From Mobula birostris (Eukaryota): a stretch of DNA of 64,000 bases. The notes beneath the pieces were generated by a model. It was not told the DNA's origin. It saw nothing but the letters and a program-made list of their open reading frames with translations, and ran no database searches. Positions 62,471 to 64,000 of the stretch are shown here, in pieces; the first letter of the stretch is position 1, and every line of letters begins with the position of its first letter. The position numbers and the translations under genes are program-made. Where the stretch lies: assembly GCF_030028105.1 (NCBI RefSeq), contig NC_092391.1, positions 51,867,223 through 51,931,222 of the forward strand. The letters are read 5' to 3'.

Positions 62471-64000
62471 AAGACAATGTACCTTACCCAAACGTGATGA
62501 GCCAAAGCCACTCTGAACATTGGCACACTCAAAAGAATGGCTGCTCCACTTGTACTTGAATTATTCTCATTGGCCCTTTCTAATGAATCTCTCCTGCTGA
62601 TTGTTCACTCTTCAAACTAGAGAAACTGCCACAAAGATCTGCCTTTGAAATCTCAATCACCCTCCTGATTAAAAAGTAGCTCTTTTCACACACACCTGCA
62701 GTGGATTGTCCAACTCAGAGAAAATTGGCTTGAAGCTCTGCTTTTTATACCTTGAACAGACCTGACTGAAAGGTAGCTCTTTTTACACACTTCCTCTTGC
62801 TGACTTGTCGCTCCTCAAATCAGAAAAACTACTGCGAAACCCTGTTTTTGAAATCTCAATCGCTCTCCTGATTAAAAAGTAGCTCTTTTCATGCAGCCCG
62901 GTGCACATGTGACTAAGACTTCTACACAGTACTGTATACAAAATGGATATTGAAATCAGACAGTTGAGGAACTGCATAGGGAACAGGTTATTTTCATACC
63001 ATACAACAAGAGATTGCCCTAAATCTTGCTGTAAAGTTCCCAGAAGAAAAAGTGACCATAGTATCATCAATTTCACTTTAAAAACTAAAGCAGAGCAACA
63101 AATTTCAATTTGAACAAAGAAAACTTCATGCTTAGTCAGAAATGAAGCTATAGATACTAATTGAACAGAAACAGAAATTTCTGGAAGTAGTCAGGGTAGG
63201 CTGCATCAGTCGGCAAAGAAACAGAGGTAATATTTCAGATCAGAGACACCTCCCCCATCAGAACCCCATCACACCCCCCCCCACCAGACAAAAAACGTTT
63301 GTAAAGGTGCAGTGTGTGTAGGGATGTAGGGAAATGAATGTCACCCGATACAATCAGAGTGATGTGGGGGTTAAGCTGTTAGACAAGTTATCTGGTCAAA
63401 GAGAGAATGAGAACTATGACTTTACAAGTTCCTTTTGTCTACGTTCTCACTCTCTAACCTTATTACAGCTTGACCCCATGGTCGCCCCATCAGAGATATT
63501 CTCTTTCCCCACCTCCCTGTGACTTTTTTGTCTTTCACAGATCTGATAAATGACTTAGACCTGAAACATAAAATCTGTTTTTCTTCCCACAGATGCGGCC
63601 TGACGGTATTTCTATCATTTTGAGATCTTACTTTGAGCATCCTTTATATACCTTCTTCATCACCTAAACTCCACATGGATAGAAAACGTTTGGAGGGATA
63701 GAGCCAAATGAAGGCAAAGAGGACAAGCTCAGGAAGACACCTTAGTCAGCACAGACAAGTTGGGTTGAAGATGTTAATTCCGTCTAGTATTATTGTATGC
63801 CTCTGTTGGAAATCCACCTGAGCCTACCCTCACATTAACTATTTCTAACTGAAACTAATATTTACTCTTGATTAAATATGAACATTTTTAAAAGATTATT
63901 TTCATCAAATGTTTTCCTTCAAAATAAAGCACTATGGGCTGAGTGGTCCCACAAAAACAACCTCAGTCAATGTCAGCAAGACTAAGGAGCTGATCAAAAA

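Noticed and set aside
62783-63076. Signal-peptide-like ORF as TCTN2 exon 1 or 7
   Set aside because: There is no room or evidence for exons 2-7 between it and 58412, and it lacks the expected YKQGDPI-like motif. The upstream TCTN2 exons probably lie beyond the window.
1-64000. Remaining short ORFs in the ORF track
   Set aside because: They are antisense or alternate frames of transposons, low-complexity translations or chance ORFs. I also recognised no genuine tRNA or rRNA genes, only SINE B-box remnants.

Overview
This is eukaryotic vertebrate DNA, most likely from a cartilaginous fish (ray or shark). That assignment is inferred from the repeat content: V-SINEs, HER1-type CR1 LINEs, Rex1/Babar elements and abundant Penelope-like elements (PLEs). 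Two intron-rich genes lie in tandem on the minus strand. The first is the 3' part of TCTN2 (11 coding exons, 58412 to 25855). About 3.6 kb downstream is the 5' part of ATP6V0A2 (V-ATPase a2; 4 coding exons, 22270 to 2930), preceded by a CpG-rich, CCAAT-dense promoter. This is the same gene order as in human. All 15 exons were read by hand, have GT-AG boundaries, and join in compatible phases. Gene identities come from remembered protein sequences, not a database search. Most of the rest is nested mobile DNA: CR1, L1, Rex1/Babar, RTE, two Penelope-like lineages, a complete non-autonomous Helitron, an ~80-bp hAT MITE family, V-SINEs and minisatellites. The main signals invisible in the ORF track are four. 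(1) Minimal hammerhead ribozymes carried by the Penelope-like elements, including several ~100-135-nt inserts that begin exactly at the ribozyme; the best-preserved copies are antisense to the host genes. (2) A Helitron with textbook termini that retains STPR-like repeats. (3) A 27-bp minisatellite of consensus splice donors just behind a weak TCTN2 donor. (4) Several unusual insertion scars. There are no prokaryotic systems or CRISPR arrays, and most ORF-track entries are transposon fragments or chance ORFs.
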